Assembly: GCA_964354495.1 (NCBI GenBank)
Contig: CAYHAA010000001.1
Location: 188,075 to 220,074, forward strand
Origin: an uncultured archaeon
GTDB taxonomy: Archaea > Asgardarchaeota > Thorarchaeia > Thorarchaeales > Thorarchaeaceae
Length of the DNA stretch: 32,000 nucleotides
Direction of reading: 5' to 3'
Shown: piece after piece, positions 8,698-18,743 of the stretch
Layout: every line of letters starts with the position of its first letter
How positions within the stretch are numbered: position 1 is the stretch's first letter
Notes under the pieces: model-generated
What the model was told of the DNA's origin: nothing
The model's database searches: none
Seen by the model: only the letters and a program-made list of their open reading frames with translations
Made by a program: the position numbers and the translations under genes

Positions 8698-10794
8698 TTG
8701 ACGACGCAGAAAAGAGATGAGGCTCTTGCTGAAGAGCCCCAAGGGCAGGAGCCTGATCTAGTTCCGGTCAGTCTCAAGGAGTCGATTGTTCGGAGCATCA
8801 TCGGTGCTCCGAAAAGAATCGGGTCATGGTTTATGAAGAAGGGAAGATCACTTGGCACGTCTCTCAATAAATCTTCCAGGGGGCTAGTGACATTCCTTAA
8901 GGATCCTGTTCCTCGTATGCATTCTGGGTTTGCTCGGCTCCGAAGAGAAATGGACTCATTGACTTGGATCCAGCTGACTGCGATACTTGTTGTGTTCACT
9001 CTCTTTCTCATTCTCCCTCTACTCAGTGTTGTATGGACCTCTTTCACCTCTAGCACAACAGGGGGATTGACACTGGACCATTTCTCAAGTCTGTTCCAAG
9101 ACTCGAACATCTGGCCGTGGGTACTCAATCCAATAACAGGTCAAATTGATGTCTTTCTCAATCTGAGTGGTGCTACCTACAATCCTAGTATCAATCTCTT
9201 GGTCGTATATGGATGGGACTTTGGCTCAATCATCAACTCGATTTATGTTGCAGTCTTTGTGACGGCATTTGCTGTTCTGATAGGAGTCTTTCTTGCCTTT
9301 ATCATTGCTAGGTATGATTTTCCAGGGAAATCAATCATCCGCACTGTCTTGATCTTTCCAATCTTGGCTACACCCTTTGTTGGCGCGATTGGCATCAAGG
9401 AGTTCCTTGGTGCCGACGGATTCCTTAACACGCTCTTTGCTCCAATTCGCGAGGGTATCAATATTCTACTGGCAGGTCTGGGACTGCCGTTGCTACCAGC
9501 TATCTGGCTCAGAGGACTTGCTGCAATCATCTTTGTTCAGTCTCTTTCATTCTTCTCTCTGGTGTACCTGAATGCATATTCATCGTTCATGGGAATTGAC
9601 CCCTCTTTGGAGGAACAGGCTGAAAACTTGGGAGCTAAGGGTACTCGTCTGTTCAGAAGTGTGACTCTACCTCTTGCCATGCCTGGAATTCAGGCAGGCG
9701 CAATCCTTACCTTCATACTTAGCATTGAAGACCTTGGTACTCCAATTGTCTTTCAAGACCATCTGTTCGCGAAGAAGACGCTGGCCTTTCAAGTCTTCAC
9801 CAACGTGGCTACCCAAGCGGGTGCGATCGATCCCAAAGGCCCTGCAATAGGAATGCTGCTACTGATAATCAGCCTACTCGGGTTCATTGCAATCAGGAAG
9901 TACTCCTCTCTGCGGTCCTATGCATCAGGCACAAAGGGCGGGCAGTGGAACCCTAGGACCCGAAGGCTTAGGAATAGATGGGCGCTCCTGCTCTATGCAG
10001 TTTTGATACCACTGCTCTTCTTTGCATTGATACCGCAAATGAGTGTCATCATACTATCGTTTGCAGGAATATGGTCTTCAGGCAGTCTGCTCCCTGATAG
10101 CTGGACTCTTGGCAACTACGAGGTACTTTGGGCTTTTCCTGATGTTACAAAATCCATAGAGCTCACACTCCTATATGGTGCGATAGCAACGGTGATTATC
10201 GTCCTGCTCGGTGCAAGTGCTGCATATATTATCGCTAGAAGAGATATTCCAGGTAAGACTGCTCTAGACCTGCTGGTGACAGCCCCAATCGCGCTTCCTG
10301 GTATAGTGATTGCCACTGGATTCTTCACGTTATACTATACTACTCCCATATTCCCCACCAACCATCCTGCATTCCTAATCATAATGTCATATACGGTACG
10401 TAAGTTTCCATTCACTGTGAGGGCTGCCTATGCTGGCCTGATGTCCACTCCAGTCGTTTTGGAAGAGGCATCTCAAAACGTGGGTGCTAGCAAGAATAAG
10501 ACATTCTTCAAGATCACACTTCCACTGATAGGGGTGAGTGTACTTGCAGGCTCCTTACTCTCGTATGTATACTCTGTGAGTGAAGTGAGTACAAGTCTCT
10601 TGCTTGGAAGCGTCGGGCATCAGGAGGCTCCCATGACTTACTGGACGTATGAGGTGCTAAACGGTACTGGCATTTACGGCGGTCCGAATAGTGCTGCCTG
10701 TCTTGGTGTTCTCATGATGATGATGCAAGTGACAGTGATTACTGTCACGAACAAAATCCTTGGTACCAGGTCTTCTGCAATGACCGGAATTTGA
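8698..10794 (+). CDS. ABC transporter permease, fused double TM domain (AfuB/FbpB class)
   Basis: Two EAA loops (LEEQAENLGA and LEEASQNVGA); many TM helices; TTG start. Confidence 0.9.
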   Translation: MTTQKRDEALAEEPQGQEPDLVPVSLKESIVRSIIGAPKRIGSWFMKKGRSLGTSLNKSSRGLVTFLKDPVPRMHSGFARLRREMDSLTWIQLTAILVVFTLFLILPLLSVVWTSFTSSTTGGLTLDHFSSLFQDSNIWPWVLNPITGQIDVFLNLSGATYNPSINLLVVYGWDFGSIINSIYVAVFVTAFAVLIGVFLAFIIARYDFPGKSIIRTVLIFPILATPFVGAIGIKEFLGADGFLNTLFAPIREGINILLAGLGLPLLPAIWLRGLAAIIFVQSLSFFSLVYLNAYSSFMGIDPSLEEQAENLGAKGTRLFRSVTLPLAMPGIQAGAILTFILSIEDLGTPIVFQDHLFAKKTLAFQVFTNVATQAGAIDPKGPAIGMLLLIISLLGFIAIRKYSSLRSYASGTKGGQWNPRTRRLRNRWALLLYAVLIPLLFFALIPQMSVIILSFAGIWSSGSLLPDSWTLGNYEVLWAFPDVTKSIELTLLYGAIATVIIVLLGASAAYIIARRDIPGKTALDLLVTAPIALPGIVIATGFFTLYYTTPIFPTNHPAFLIIMSYTVRKFPFTVRAAYAGLMSTPVVLEEASQNVGASKNKTFFKITLPLIGVSVLAGSLLSYVYSVSEVSTSLLLGSVGHQEAPMTYWTYEVLNGTGIYGGPNSAACLGVLMMMMQVTVITVTNKILGTRSSAMTGI

Positions 10795-10804
10795 GGTGAT
10801 CAGA

Positions 10805-11959
10805 TTGGTAGAGATTACTCTGGAGAACTTGCGAAAAACCTTCGGTGAGGTACTAGCAACTGATGAGGTCAACATGGTCCTGAGAGAGGGAGAGCTCTCC
10901 ACACTCCTAGGTCCTTCAGGTTGCGGAAAGACCACACTTCTGCGACTGATTGCTGGGTTCTATGCTCCAGACCATGGCAGAATCTACTTTGATGACAAGG
11001 ATGTAACTGGGATGCCGCCACACAAGAGGAACACGGGAATGTGTTTTCAAAACTATGCACTCTGGCCTCACATGTCTGTGGCAGACAATGTAGCGTACGG
11101 TCTGAAACTCAAGCGCGTCAACGGTATGAAGTACACAAAGACTGCAATTGATAAACGTGTTCAGACTGCCCTGGACCTTGTGCACATGGGCAAACTTGGA
11201 CAGAGACACATCCACCAACTTTCCGGTGGCCAACAACAACGTGTAGCTCTGGCGCGGGCATTGGTCATTGAACCTGATGTACTCCTGCTTGACGAACCAC
11301 TATCCAACCTGGATGCAAAGCTCAGGATTGACATGCGTGAAGAGATAATACGAATACAAAAAGAGCTCTCAATTACAACCGTCTACGTGACGCACGACCA
11401 ACACGAAGCCCTGAGCATCTCTGATATGGTTGCAGTGATGGACAAGGGATACGTCCAGCAGTTTGATACACCAAAGGAAATCTATGCGAATCCACAGACT
11501 GTCTTTGTTGCTGATTTCATTGGTCAGTGCACATTCATCGATGGATTGGTGGAATCTGTCGGTGACACTATTCAGGTCCACATCCCCAGTGGGCAAGTAA
11601 TTTCAGGACGACCAACGATACCCAACTATCCCTTTATGGCAGATGAATCAGTGAAAGCGGCGATACGTCCCGAAGATCTCCATCTTAGCAAAACCAGCTC
11701 ATCCGATAATGAAATTGATGGTACTGTGAGCAGGACCATCTACATTGGGAGTGCTATAGAAGTCTATTTCAAGGTGGGTGAGATCTCTGCGCAGGCGCTT
11801 CTCGACCCAAGCTCTCGAATAGCGGAAGGCGACCAGATTCGTCTATATGCTGGAACAAAGGAGGTCATGGTCCTTCCAGTTGGCGGCATTGAAGCGTTAC
11901 GGAAGGTACCTGGCCATCCAATGGCTACCAGCGAAGCTAGTGGTTCAGTGAATGCCTGA
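10805..11959 (+). CDS. ABC transporter ATP-binding subunit with C-terminal TOBE domain
   Basis: Walker A GPSGCGKT, signature LSGGQQQR, Walker B LLLDE, H-loop VTHD. Start placed at TTG 10805 (MVEITLENL) after a GAGGTG RBS; the ORF track starts at 10796. Confidence 0.93.
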   Translation: MVEITLENLRKTFGEVLATDEVNMVLREGELSTLLGPSGCGKTTLLRLIAGFYAPDHGRIYFDDKDVTGMPPHKRNTGMCFQNYALWPHMSVADNVAYGLKLKRVNGMKYTKTAIDKRVQTALDLVHMGKLGQRHIHQLSGGQQQRVALARALVIEPDVLLLDEPLSNLDAKLRIDMREEIIRIQKELSITTVYVTHDQHEALSISDMVAVMDKGYVQQFDTPKEIYANPQTVFVADFIGQCTFIDGLVESVGDTIQVHIPSGQVISGRPTIPNYPFMADESVKAAIRPEDLHLSKTSSSDNEIDGTVSRTIYIGSAIEVYFKVGEISAQALLDPSSRIAEGDQIRLYAGTKEVMVLPVGGIEALRKVPGHPMATSEASGSVNA

Positions 11960-13970
11960 TTAGCACCGCAGCTCCCCGAGAGAATTGCATCATCTCCTTC
12001 CCCGTAAGCAGCGCTTTGCCGGTAGCAAGTAGTCTACGTGCTTCATCGACGACGAGCACTTCTTCTCCCGCTCTGAGATTCTCGTGCGCATCCTTGACAA
12101 ACTTAGCAAGAGCGGACTTGCCATCAGCGATGAACTCTGCAACTTCATTGTCCATAGTGACTACATACTCCTTCTCTATGCCTGAACTGAGAAGTTTCTG
12201 CCCCCCGCAGTACGTTGGCGTAAGTAGACCGGTTGTTGGAACCATGGTGAAGAGAATGTCCTCACCATCCTTCACAAACCGGACCTTCCCGGTGTTTCTC
12301 GACAGTTCAACCTGCAGACCAGATGCATCTGCTAGTTTCTCTACCTGCCTGCCCCACTGGTAACTGAATACAGCCTTCAACTTCCTCAGAGTCCAATCTG
12401 AAGAATCCGAAGTCTCGCCTACAACGCGTAGAACCTCAGAGGCAGATGAGACACGCATGACTTCTCCAACATTCTTCAGGCTCTCAACTAGCCTACCGGT
12501 AGGGCCCTCTCGTTCGAACCAGACGAGTCTGTCGAGTGATATTCTGTCCAGAAACTCGTGCATCTTTCTCTCGGCACTACTGATTGTGGACTGATCAACA
12601 GAATCGGAGAAGATGCATTGCTGTGCTGGATGTACATGTTCGAGTTCCCAGGGAACAACTCCCATGGGCGTCAGAAAAAGCAAGATGAGGTCTCTTGGAG
12701 AATGTCTCTTGACTTCATTGACGATTGTGCTTGCGGTATCTGAAAATGGCCGATTACCAATATCCGGAACTACAACAACTGTGCGGGTCTCTCTGAAAGG
12801 GTATCTCTCCATCAATCTAGAGTGAAATCTGGCAATTTCGGGTCGTTGAATGGTTTCAGGTCCCGTGTAGAACACTGACGCAGATTTCCCGAATGGGTCT
12901 GCTTGCACGATTTGTTCCATGTTCGATGTCATGGCATGAAGGGCATCAAGTAGGGCGGGATGACTTCTTGCTCTGAGAGCCACAAGTTCGAATAACTTGC
13001 CATCTGCAATAGCTTGTCGGACCCGCTTCATTTCACCTGCTGAAATAAAGAGATTGTGCCGCATGAGTGCCAAATCTCTCTCTGCCTTGGGAAGCGACTT
13101 CAATTCATCCACTGTGGTGTTGCTGCAAACAGGGCAATCGCAGGGCAATTCAATCAGTTCCGCCAGATGCACAGTGCCCGACGGAAGGAGCATTCGACCA
13201 GAATCTGCAAACTTGGCATACGATGCTGAGTCGAAGAAATCGCATCCTAGATAGGCAGCCTGAGCAAATAGCATCGGATGTCCACATCCAAAGAGATGTA
13301 CCGGCCTGTCCGTTGGTAGATGCTTCTTAGCAGCAAGAATGATTCTTACTATGTCGGCATACCTATACATCTCCATGAACGGGACAACCCCACCAATAGG
13401 GTAGACGTCAAAATCCATTTCCGCCATGGCCTTCGCAGACCGCTCACGCAGGTCCTCATACAAACCACCCTGAATGGTGCCCGCCAACATCATGTTCTCT
13501 TTGATGCCCACGGACATCCTAGCTCTCTCGAGAGATAGGTCAACGTCTCTCTCCACTTGAGTTCGGCCCACATCTGGTCTGGAGAATGCATCCAGAATTG
13601 TACCAACGTCTGAACCAATCTTCTTCTGGAATTCAATGATTGCAAGGGGGTCTATCTGCTCCTTGGGCAGATCGTGGAAATACATCTGAAAGGTACCAGA
13701 ATCGGTCATTATCGGCCCATCCAGATTCAGTAGCCCGTGTACACCATCAATCAACGCTTTCTCCCGGAACTCATCACGTGAATTGATGATGTACGAGTTG
13801 GTGATGACCATTTCAAAACCAAATTCGCTTACTAGTTCGTTAGGACGTATTAGCGGCTTACCCGGGTGAACCACTGGCATGAGTAGTGGTGTCTTCACAG
13901 TTCCATGATTTGTTGTGAATCTGCCTAGTCTGGCAAGACCATCCTTTGCCTTTATCTCGAAGTTTGCCAT
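11937..13970 (-). CDS. tgtA: Archaeosine tRNA-guanine(15) transglycosylase
   Basis: MTDSGTFQ catalytic motif, GGVVP, HLFG, DSASY, Zn site CDCPVC...HN, C-terminal PUA domain. Confidence 0.93.
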   Translation of the reverse strand: MANFEIKAKDGLARLGRFTTNHGTVKTPLLMPVVHPGKPLIRPNELVSEFGFEMVITNSYIINSRDEFREKALIDGVHGLLNLDGPIMTDSGTFQMYFHDLPKEQIDPLAIIEFQKKIGSDVGTILDAFSRPDVGRTQVERDVDLSLERARMSVGIKENMMLAGTIQGGLYEDLRERSAKAMAEMDFDVYPIGGVVPFMEMYRYADIVRIILAAKKHLPTDRPVHLFGCGHPMLFAQAAYLGCDFFDSASYAKFADSGRMLLPSGTVHLAELIELPCDCPVCSNTTVDELKSLPKAERDLALMRHNLFISAGEMKRVRQAIADGKLFELVALRARSHPALLDALHAMTSNMEQIVQADPFGKSASVFYTGPETIQRPEIARFHSRLMERYPFRETRTVVVVPDIGNRPFSDTASTIVNEVKRHSPRDLILLFLTPMGVVPWELEHVHPAQQCIFSDSVDQSTISSAERKMHEFLDRISLDRLVWFEREGPTGRLVESLKNVGEVMRVSSASEVLRVVGETSDSSDWTLRKLKAVFSYQWGRQVEKLADASGLQVELSRNTGKVRFVKDGEDILFTMVPTTGLLTPTYCGGQKLLSSGIEKEYVVTMDNEVAEFIADGKSALAKFVKDAHENLRAGEEVLVVDEARRLLATGKALLTGKEMMQFSRGAAVLIRHSLNH

Positions 13971-14047
13971 GCATGCTCACCTGGGGAGTCTTCGGCTTAC
14001 CAAAGAATGTTTCCCTGCGTTGAGTTGGACTTATCACCAATAGCACA

Positions 14048-14055
14048 CTTTAAGA
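14048..14055 (+). promoter_or_regulatory. Putative TATA box for a leaderless hflX transcript
   Basis: CTTTAAGA about 25-30 nt upstream of ATG 14079; no RBS seen. Confidence 0.4.
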
Positions 14056-14078
14056 CAATATGGAATCGCCTTATAGCA

Positions 14079-15389
14079 ATGACCGATGTTACTGCAGTAC
14101 TGGTCCAACAGAGAAGATACAATGAACCTGACCTGCTCGACGAGTTTGCTGCTCTTGCAAATACTGCTCACTATCGCATCATAGGTACATACGATATTGT
14201 TGCTGCACCAGCTGCCAAGTATGGCATAAGAAGCGGCAAGGTAGAAGAGATAAAGACATGGATTGGTGTCAACAAGCCCGACTTTGTTTTGTTTTCTCCA
14301 TACCTGAAATCAGGCCAGCTCTTCAGGCTCATGGAAAAGTGGGAAACCGAGGTGAGAGATCGGACACAGGTGATTCTTGAGATTTTTGACTTGCACGCAA
14401 AGACTCAACAGGCAAAACTACAAATCGAACAAGCTCGGCTGAACTATGAATTACCGTTTGAACGGCACCAGCTTAGAATGAGACTCCAGAAAGAGCATAC
14501 CGGTGACCGACCTATTGCTGAGCAGATCGGTGCAGGTGAAGACCTGCTCAACCTCAGAGTTCACGAAATAAGACGACGGATATCATTGATCTCTGACAAA
14601 CTTAAGAAGATCTCTGAATCGCAGACACTTCTGAAGAAGAAGCGCGAGAGCATGGGATACATAGAGATAGCCTTGGCTGGGTATACTAATGCTGGGAAGA
14701 GCACTCTTCATAATGCACTCACAGGCTCAGGTGTAGAGATTGCCGATGAGCTCTTTACAACCCTTTCAACGAAGGCTGCTGAACTGAATTTGCCCGGCAG
14801 GCATATTGTGCTTTCTGATTCTGTTGGTTTCATTAGCAACTTGCCTCATGCCCTCTTGGAAGCATTCAACACAACTCTGATGGAGATCGGATCTGCAAAT
14901 ATCATCATTCTGGTTGTGGATGCATCTGACCCGGTAAAAGAGATGAATCGCAAGATACATGCATGCCTTGACACATTCAGAGAGATTGGAGCAAACGGAG
15001 TCCCCATTATCGTTGCCCTGAATAAGATTGACTTATCGGATGAGTCTTCAATAGCCTCTAGAAGCGAGCTCCTAAAGGATATTTCAAACAGTGTCATTCC
15101 AATCTCGGCCAAGAACAAGACGAATATTGACGAGCTTATCACAGCCATTGAGAAGACCTTGCCAAGCCTTTGGAGATATGCCATTGCGCTGCCCTATGGT
15201 GATGAGGGGATGTCTGTCCTATCTTTGCTACACGAAGTGGCTGTTATCGAATCCGAGTCATATTCTGAGGATTCAATTCAGGTCATCGCTCTGCTCGATT
15301 TTGAAGCAGAACAGAAGATATTGAAACTGCTACCAGTCACCAGTCTTCAGAGACTTCAAGCAAGTTCCAAGGCGGCTACAGCTGTCTAG
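14079..15389 (+). CDS. hflX: Ribosome-associated GTPase HflX
   Basis: LILxIF-type N-terminal motif (VILEIFDLHA, KLQIEQARL), G1 GYTNAGKS, G2 LFTT, G3 DSVG, G4 NKID, G5 SAK. Start placed at ATG 14079. Confidence 0.93.
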   Translation: MTDVTAVLVQQRRYNEPDLLDEFAALANTAHYRIIGTYDIVAAPAAKYGIRSGKVEEIKTWIGVNKPDFVLFSPYLKSGQLFRLMEKWETEVRDRTQVILEIFDLHAKTQQAKLQIEQARLNYELPFERHQLRMRLQKEHTGDRPIAEQIGAGEDLLNLRVHEIRRRISLISDKLKKISESQTLLKKKRESMGYIEIALAGYTNAGKSTLHNALTGSGVEIADELFTTLSTKAAELNLPGRHIVLSDSVGFISNLPHALLEAFNTTLMEIGSANIIILVVDASDPVKEMNRKIHACLDTFREIGANGVPIIVALNKIDLSDESSIASRSELLKDISNSVIPISAKNKTNIDELITAIEKTLPSLWRYAIALPYGDEGMSVLSLLHEVAVIESESYSEDSIQVIALLDFEAEQKILKLLPVTSLQRLQASSKAATAV

Positions 15390-15444
15390 AAGCACAGATT
15401 TTTAGGTCTTGGTCGCGGAATCACCGAATGTAGGGTTGCAGCCT

Positions 15445-16104
15445 ATGATTGTCATGAATCTAAAATCAAAGGAAAAGATCCTTGAGATGCTTGAAGGGTA
15501 CAATCGAATCGTATTATTCGGTGACTCTGGATGCGCGCAGCTCTGCGACGTCGGCGGGATTCTCCAGTTGGAAGACATGGAGGACTTTCTGACCAAGAAT
15601 GGAAAGGAAGTCCTGGGCTATATCTTCGTCGAGGGCGGGATATGTGATGAGCGTGCTCTCAAGAAAGAGATAGAGGAAAAGAGGGCAATCATTGACAAAG
15701 CAGATGCATTTCTCGTTCAGGCCTGTGGCGTCGCAACACAGAATCTCACGGAAATCCTTCCAGAGAGAGAGTCCTTTCCTGCCACAGACTCGAAATTCCT
15801 TGGAACGATGCCCGAGCGATTCCAACACAAAGAACGCTGCGCCATGTGCGGTGAATGCATTCTTGACCTCACTGCAGGTATTTGCCCAATTGCTCGCTGC
15901 TCCAAGGGAATTCTGAATGGTCCCTGCGGCGGATCGATGGACGGCAGATGTGAACGCGATGCCGGCACGGAGTGTGTCTGGCAGTTGATATTTGACCGTT
16001 TGAAGAAGCTAGATAAGTTGGACAATATCTCCAGAATCTGGGAGATTCGCGATTGGAGGCCTTCCCAGAGTCCTCGAAATATCATTCACTCACCCAGTGA
16101 CTGA
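15445..16104 (+). CDS. metV: Methylenetetrahydrofolate reductase small subunit (MetV-like, Cys-rich)
   Basis: CxxCGxC...CP...C.KG..NGPCGG....C.....CVW motif, directly upstream of metF. Start placed at ATG 15445. Confidence 0.85.
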   Translation: MIVMNLKSKEKILEMLEGYNRIVLFGDSGCAQLCDVGGILQLEDMEDFLTKNGKEVLGYIFVEGGICDERALKKEIEEKRAIIDKADAFLVQACGVATQNLTEILPERESFPATDSKFLGTMPERFQHKERCAMCGECILDLTAGICPIARCSKGILNGPCGGSMDGRCERDAGTECVWQLIFDRLKKLDKLDNISRIWEIRDWRPSQSPRNIIHSPSD

Positions 16105-16181
16105 TTATGCTTGTTCTCAACAAAAGGAAATTAAGGGGCTCAGTGTTCTTCAGGCAATCCAAAGTATAGGAGAGTTCTATT

Positions 16182-17114
16182 CTGTTAAGGACAAAGCTGA
16201 TGCGCGTATTGGAATCCGATGACTTCGTCGTGACATCTGAGATTGGCCCTCCCAAAGGAGCAGACAAGACGCTTGTCCTTGAGCGAACCCGTCTGGTCAT
16301 GGATTACTGCGATGCAGTCAACATCACCGACAATATTCGCGGCATACCATCGATGAGCAGCACTACCTGTGCTCACTTTGTCTTGGAGGCTGGTGCAGAG
16401 CCCATCATGCAGATGTCCGCACGTGACAGGAATAGAATATCCATTCAGAGCGAGCTCTACAGCGCATATGCACTTGGCATCCACAACGTGTTGTTCATCA
16501 CCGGCGACCATACCCTTCTTGGTTCACATCCCGAAGCGAAGATAGTCTATGACATAGACTCAATCCAGGCGCTCAGACTGGCGAGCCATCTCATGGGTGG
16601 TACTGACTTGGCTGGTGACAAACTCGAGGGCACACCAGAGTTCTTCCTAGGGTCTACCTTCAACCCTTATGCTGATCCCTTGGAGTTGCATGTGATACGA
16701 GCAGAGAAGAAACGTAACGCAGGAGCCAAGTTCTTCCAGACTCAAGCCATCTTTGATACAGCCCGCTTAGAAACCTTCATGGACAGGGCAGCTGACCTGA
16801 AGCTGAGAGTTCTTGCTGGCATCACTCCCCTCAAGGGTCCCATCATGGCGAACTTCATGAACAAGTCTGTGCCCGGTATCAAGATTCCGGATGAGTTCAT
16901 CAAACGATTAGAGGCTGCGGGTGAGGGTCTTAAGGGTGAAAAGAAGCGTGAGGCCACGCGTGCAGAAGGGCTTTTGATAGCGACAGAAACGATCAAGGCA
17001 GTCAGACGCATAAAGGGGATACATGGCGTGCACTTGATGGGTATAGGCTGGGAAGAGAGTGTCCCAGAGATTGTGAAGAGTGCTGGTCTTTATCCAAGGC
17101 CAAAAGTGAGGTGA
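16182..17114 (+). CDS. metF: Methylenetetrahydrofolate reductase (MetF)
   Basis: VTSEIGPPKG, VNITDN, RDRNR, LFITGDH, K..AGA.FFQTQ, GVHLM. Probable CTG start at 16182 after AGGAG; first ATG is at 16200. Confidence 0.9.
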   Translation: MLRTKLMRVLESDDFVVTSEIGPPKGADKTLVLERTRLVMDYCDAVNITDNIRGIPSMSSTTCAHFVLEAGAEPIMQMSARDRNRISIQSELYSAYALGIHNVLFITGDHTLLGSHPEAKIVYDIDSIQALRLASHLMGGTDLAGDKLEGTPEFFLGSTFNPYADPLELHVIRAEKKRNAGAKFFQTQAIFDTARLETFMDRAADLKLRVLAGITPLKGPIMANFMNKSVPGIKIPDEFIKRLEAAGEGLKGEKKREATRAEGLLIATETIKAVRRIKGIHGVHLMGIGWEESVPEIVKSAGLYPRPKVR

Positions 17115-17121
17115 GAGCGAT

Positions 17122-18039
17122 TTGTTCGTCTTCAAAAAAGAACAACAAACATATGAATTCGGTGGAGTCAAGATTGGTGGCCACCCGGGTGAGAATCCGA
17201 CCGTTCTAATTGGAGGTCTCTTCTTCAAGGGCCAGCCCATTGTGAAGGACACAAAAGAGGGTACATTCGATAAGAGTCTGGCTTTGGAATGGATTGACAT
17301 AGCCACGGGAATGGTCGACAAGACAGGCCACCCTCTCATAATTCAGGCATTTGGGAGGACTCCTGCTGCAATGGAGAATCATCTTGCTTGGCTCTCGGAA
17401 AACTTCAGTGGTCCGATAATGTTTGAATCTACCACCGCCGCAGCAAGGCTAGGAGCCATCAAATACTGCCATGATGCCGGTCTCCAAGAACGCATGATCT
17501 ACAACTCTATCAATCTGTCAATGAACGATGAAGAAAAACAGGTCTTGAAAGACAGCGGGCTCAATATGGCGGTCGTTCTTGGTTGGTCACCTCGCGCGAC
17601 ATCCCTACAAGATAGGATGAAGACTGTCAGGGACATGCTTGAGACCGCAAGAAACCTGGGGATGGAAAAAGTACTCATCGACCCGGCAACTATGCCGGTC
17701 GGCGCGGGATATGGCCTTGAATTCAGGACAATGATAGCAGTAAAATCAGAACTGGGTCTTCCAACTTGCCTTGCCCCGCACAATGCCCCCTCTGCTTGGC
17801 GATTCATCAAGCAGCCCGGTCTTGATGATGAATCAACACATATGGCGACAGTAGTTGCATCCACTGTGGCAGCCCAGCTATTCGTTACGGATTCGATCAT
17901 GTATGGTTCAATGATTCGGACCAAAGAGGTATTTGCAGCAGTTGCGCTCATTTCGAATGCAATTGCAGCTGCCGTTGCGGAGGCAATCAATGTTCTAGGT
18001 ATAGAGCGACCTCTCTTCATTCCGCCAACATTTGAATAG
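17122..18039 (+). CDS. mtrH: MtrH-family pterin methyltransferase, divergent paralog 1
   Basis: MFVFKKEQ...GGVKIGG.PGENPTVL, IYNSIN, LIDP, LPT...HN; TTG start after GAGGTG. Confidence 0.85.
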   Translation: MFVFKKEQQTYEFGGVKIGGHPGENPTVLIGGLFFKGQPIVKDTKEGTFDKSLALEWIDIATGMVDKTGHPLIIQAFGRTPAAMENHLAWLSENFSGPIMFESTTAAARLGAIKYCHDAGLQERMIYNSINLSMNDEEKQVLKDSGLNMAVVLGWSPRATSLQDRMKTVRDMLETARNLGMEKVLIDPATMPVGAGYGLEFRTMIAVKSELGLPTCLAPHNAPSAWRFIKQPGLDDESTHMATVVASTVAAQLFVTDSIMYGSMIRTKEVFAAVALISNAIAAAVAEAINVLGIERPLFIPPTFE

Positions 18040-18051
18040 GAGGCTGAAGAG

Positions 18052-18738
18052 ATGAACAACGATCATGAATGGCCACCGGTCCCTGGCGACTTTAATGTCA
18101 ATGACCCCTCACATTGTGTGGCTATTTGCACGCTGGGAAAACGAATTGAGATTCCTGGAGAGTATGCAATTGCAGGCTCCTGCAAGACTGAGAATATAGG
18201 TATTGAACGCATTATCATTAATGTCATATCTAACCCTAACATTCGATATCTCATCGTTGCAGGTCCCGAGGTTCCCGGTCATTTAACAGGCAGGTCTCTA
18301 CGTGCACTATTCCTCAATGGTGTAGATCCAAATACAAGAAAGATAATCAGTGCTGAGGGGGCGATACCCTATATCGAGAATGTTCCACTCGAAGGCATTC
18401 AGCGCTTTAGGGAGCAGATTGAGCTCGTGGACATGATCAATGTGCTCAGCCTGAGTCAGATTACAGAGAAAGTGGGGCAACTTGCTGGGCAGAATCCTGG
18501 GCTCTTTTCAAAGGACGCAATATGGATCGAGTTCAAAGCTTCATCTGGAGGAGCACGGAGAGCAATTATGTCTGCCAACATCATTATCCTTCCCGAGTAT
18601 GGTCTGTTCCTAGAGAATAACAGTTCCCTAGTGGCCAGACAAGAGGCTCACGCGATTGTCACGGAACACCCCTCCTCTATTGTCATCGAAGTGAGGGAAA
18701 GCGATACTGGCACTATTCTCGTGGGCAAGGAGGCATAG
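18052..18738 (+). CDS. mtrA: Soluble MtrA/MtxA-like corrinoid protein
   Basis: WPPVPGDF, GSCKTENIGIERII.N.ISNPNIR, EVPGHLTG (cobalt-ligand His), AIPYIEN; no C-terminal TM helix. Confidence 0.88.
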   Translation: MNNDHEWPPVPGDFNVNDPSHCVAICTLGKRIEIPGEYAIAGSCKTENIGIERIIINVISNPNIRYLIVAGPEVPGHLTGRSLRALFLNGVDPNTRKIISAEGAIPYIENVPLEGIQRFREQIELVDMINVLSLSQITEKVGQLAGQNPGLFSKDAIWIEFKASSGGARRAIMSANIIILPEYGLFLENNSSLVARQEAHAIVTEHPSSIVIEVRESDTGTILVGKEA

Positions 18739-18743
18739 TATCT

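Noticed and set aside
16105-16181. Cobalamin or SAM riboswitch between metV and metF
   Set aside because: The gap is too short, has no conserved riboswitch motifs, and looks like a simple promoter/RBS region.
17499-18059. 186-aa minus-strand ORF
   Set aside because: It lies antisense to mtrH1 and has no recognisable motifs.
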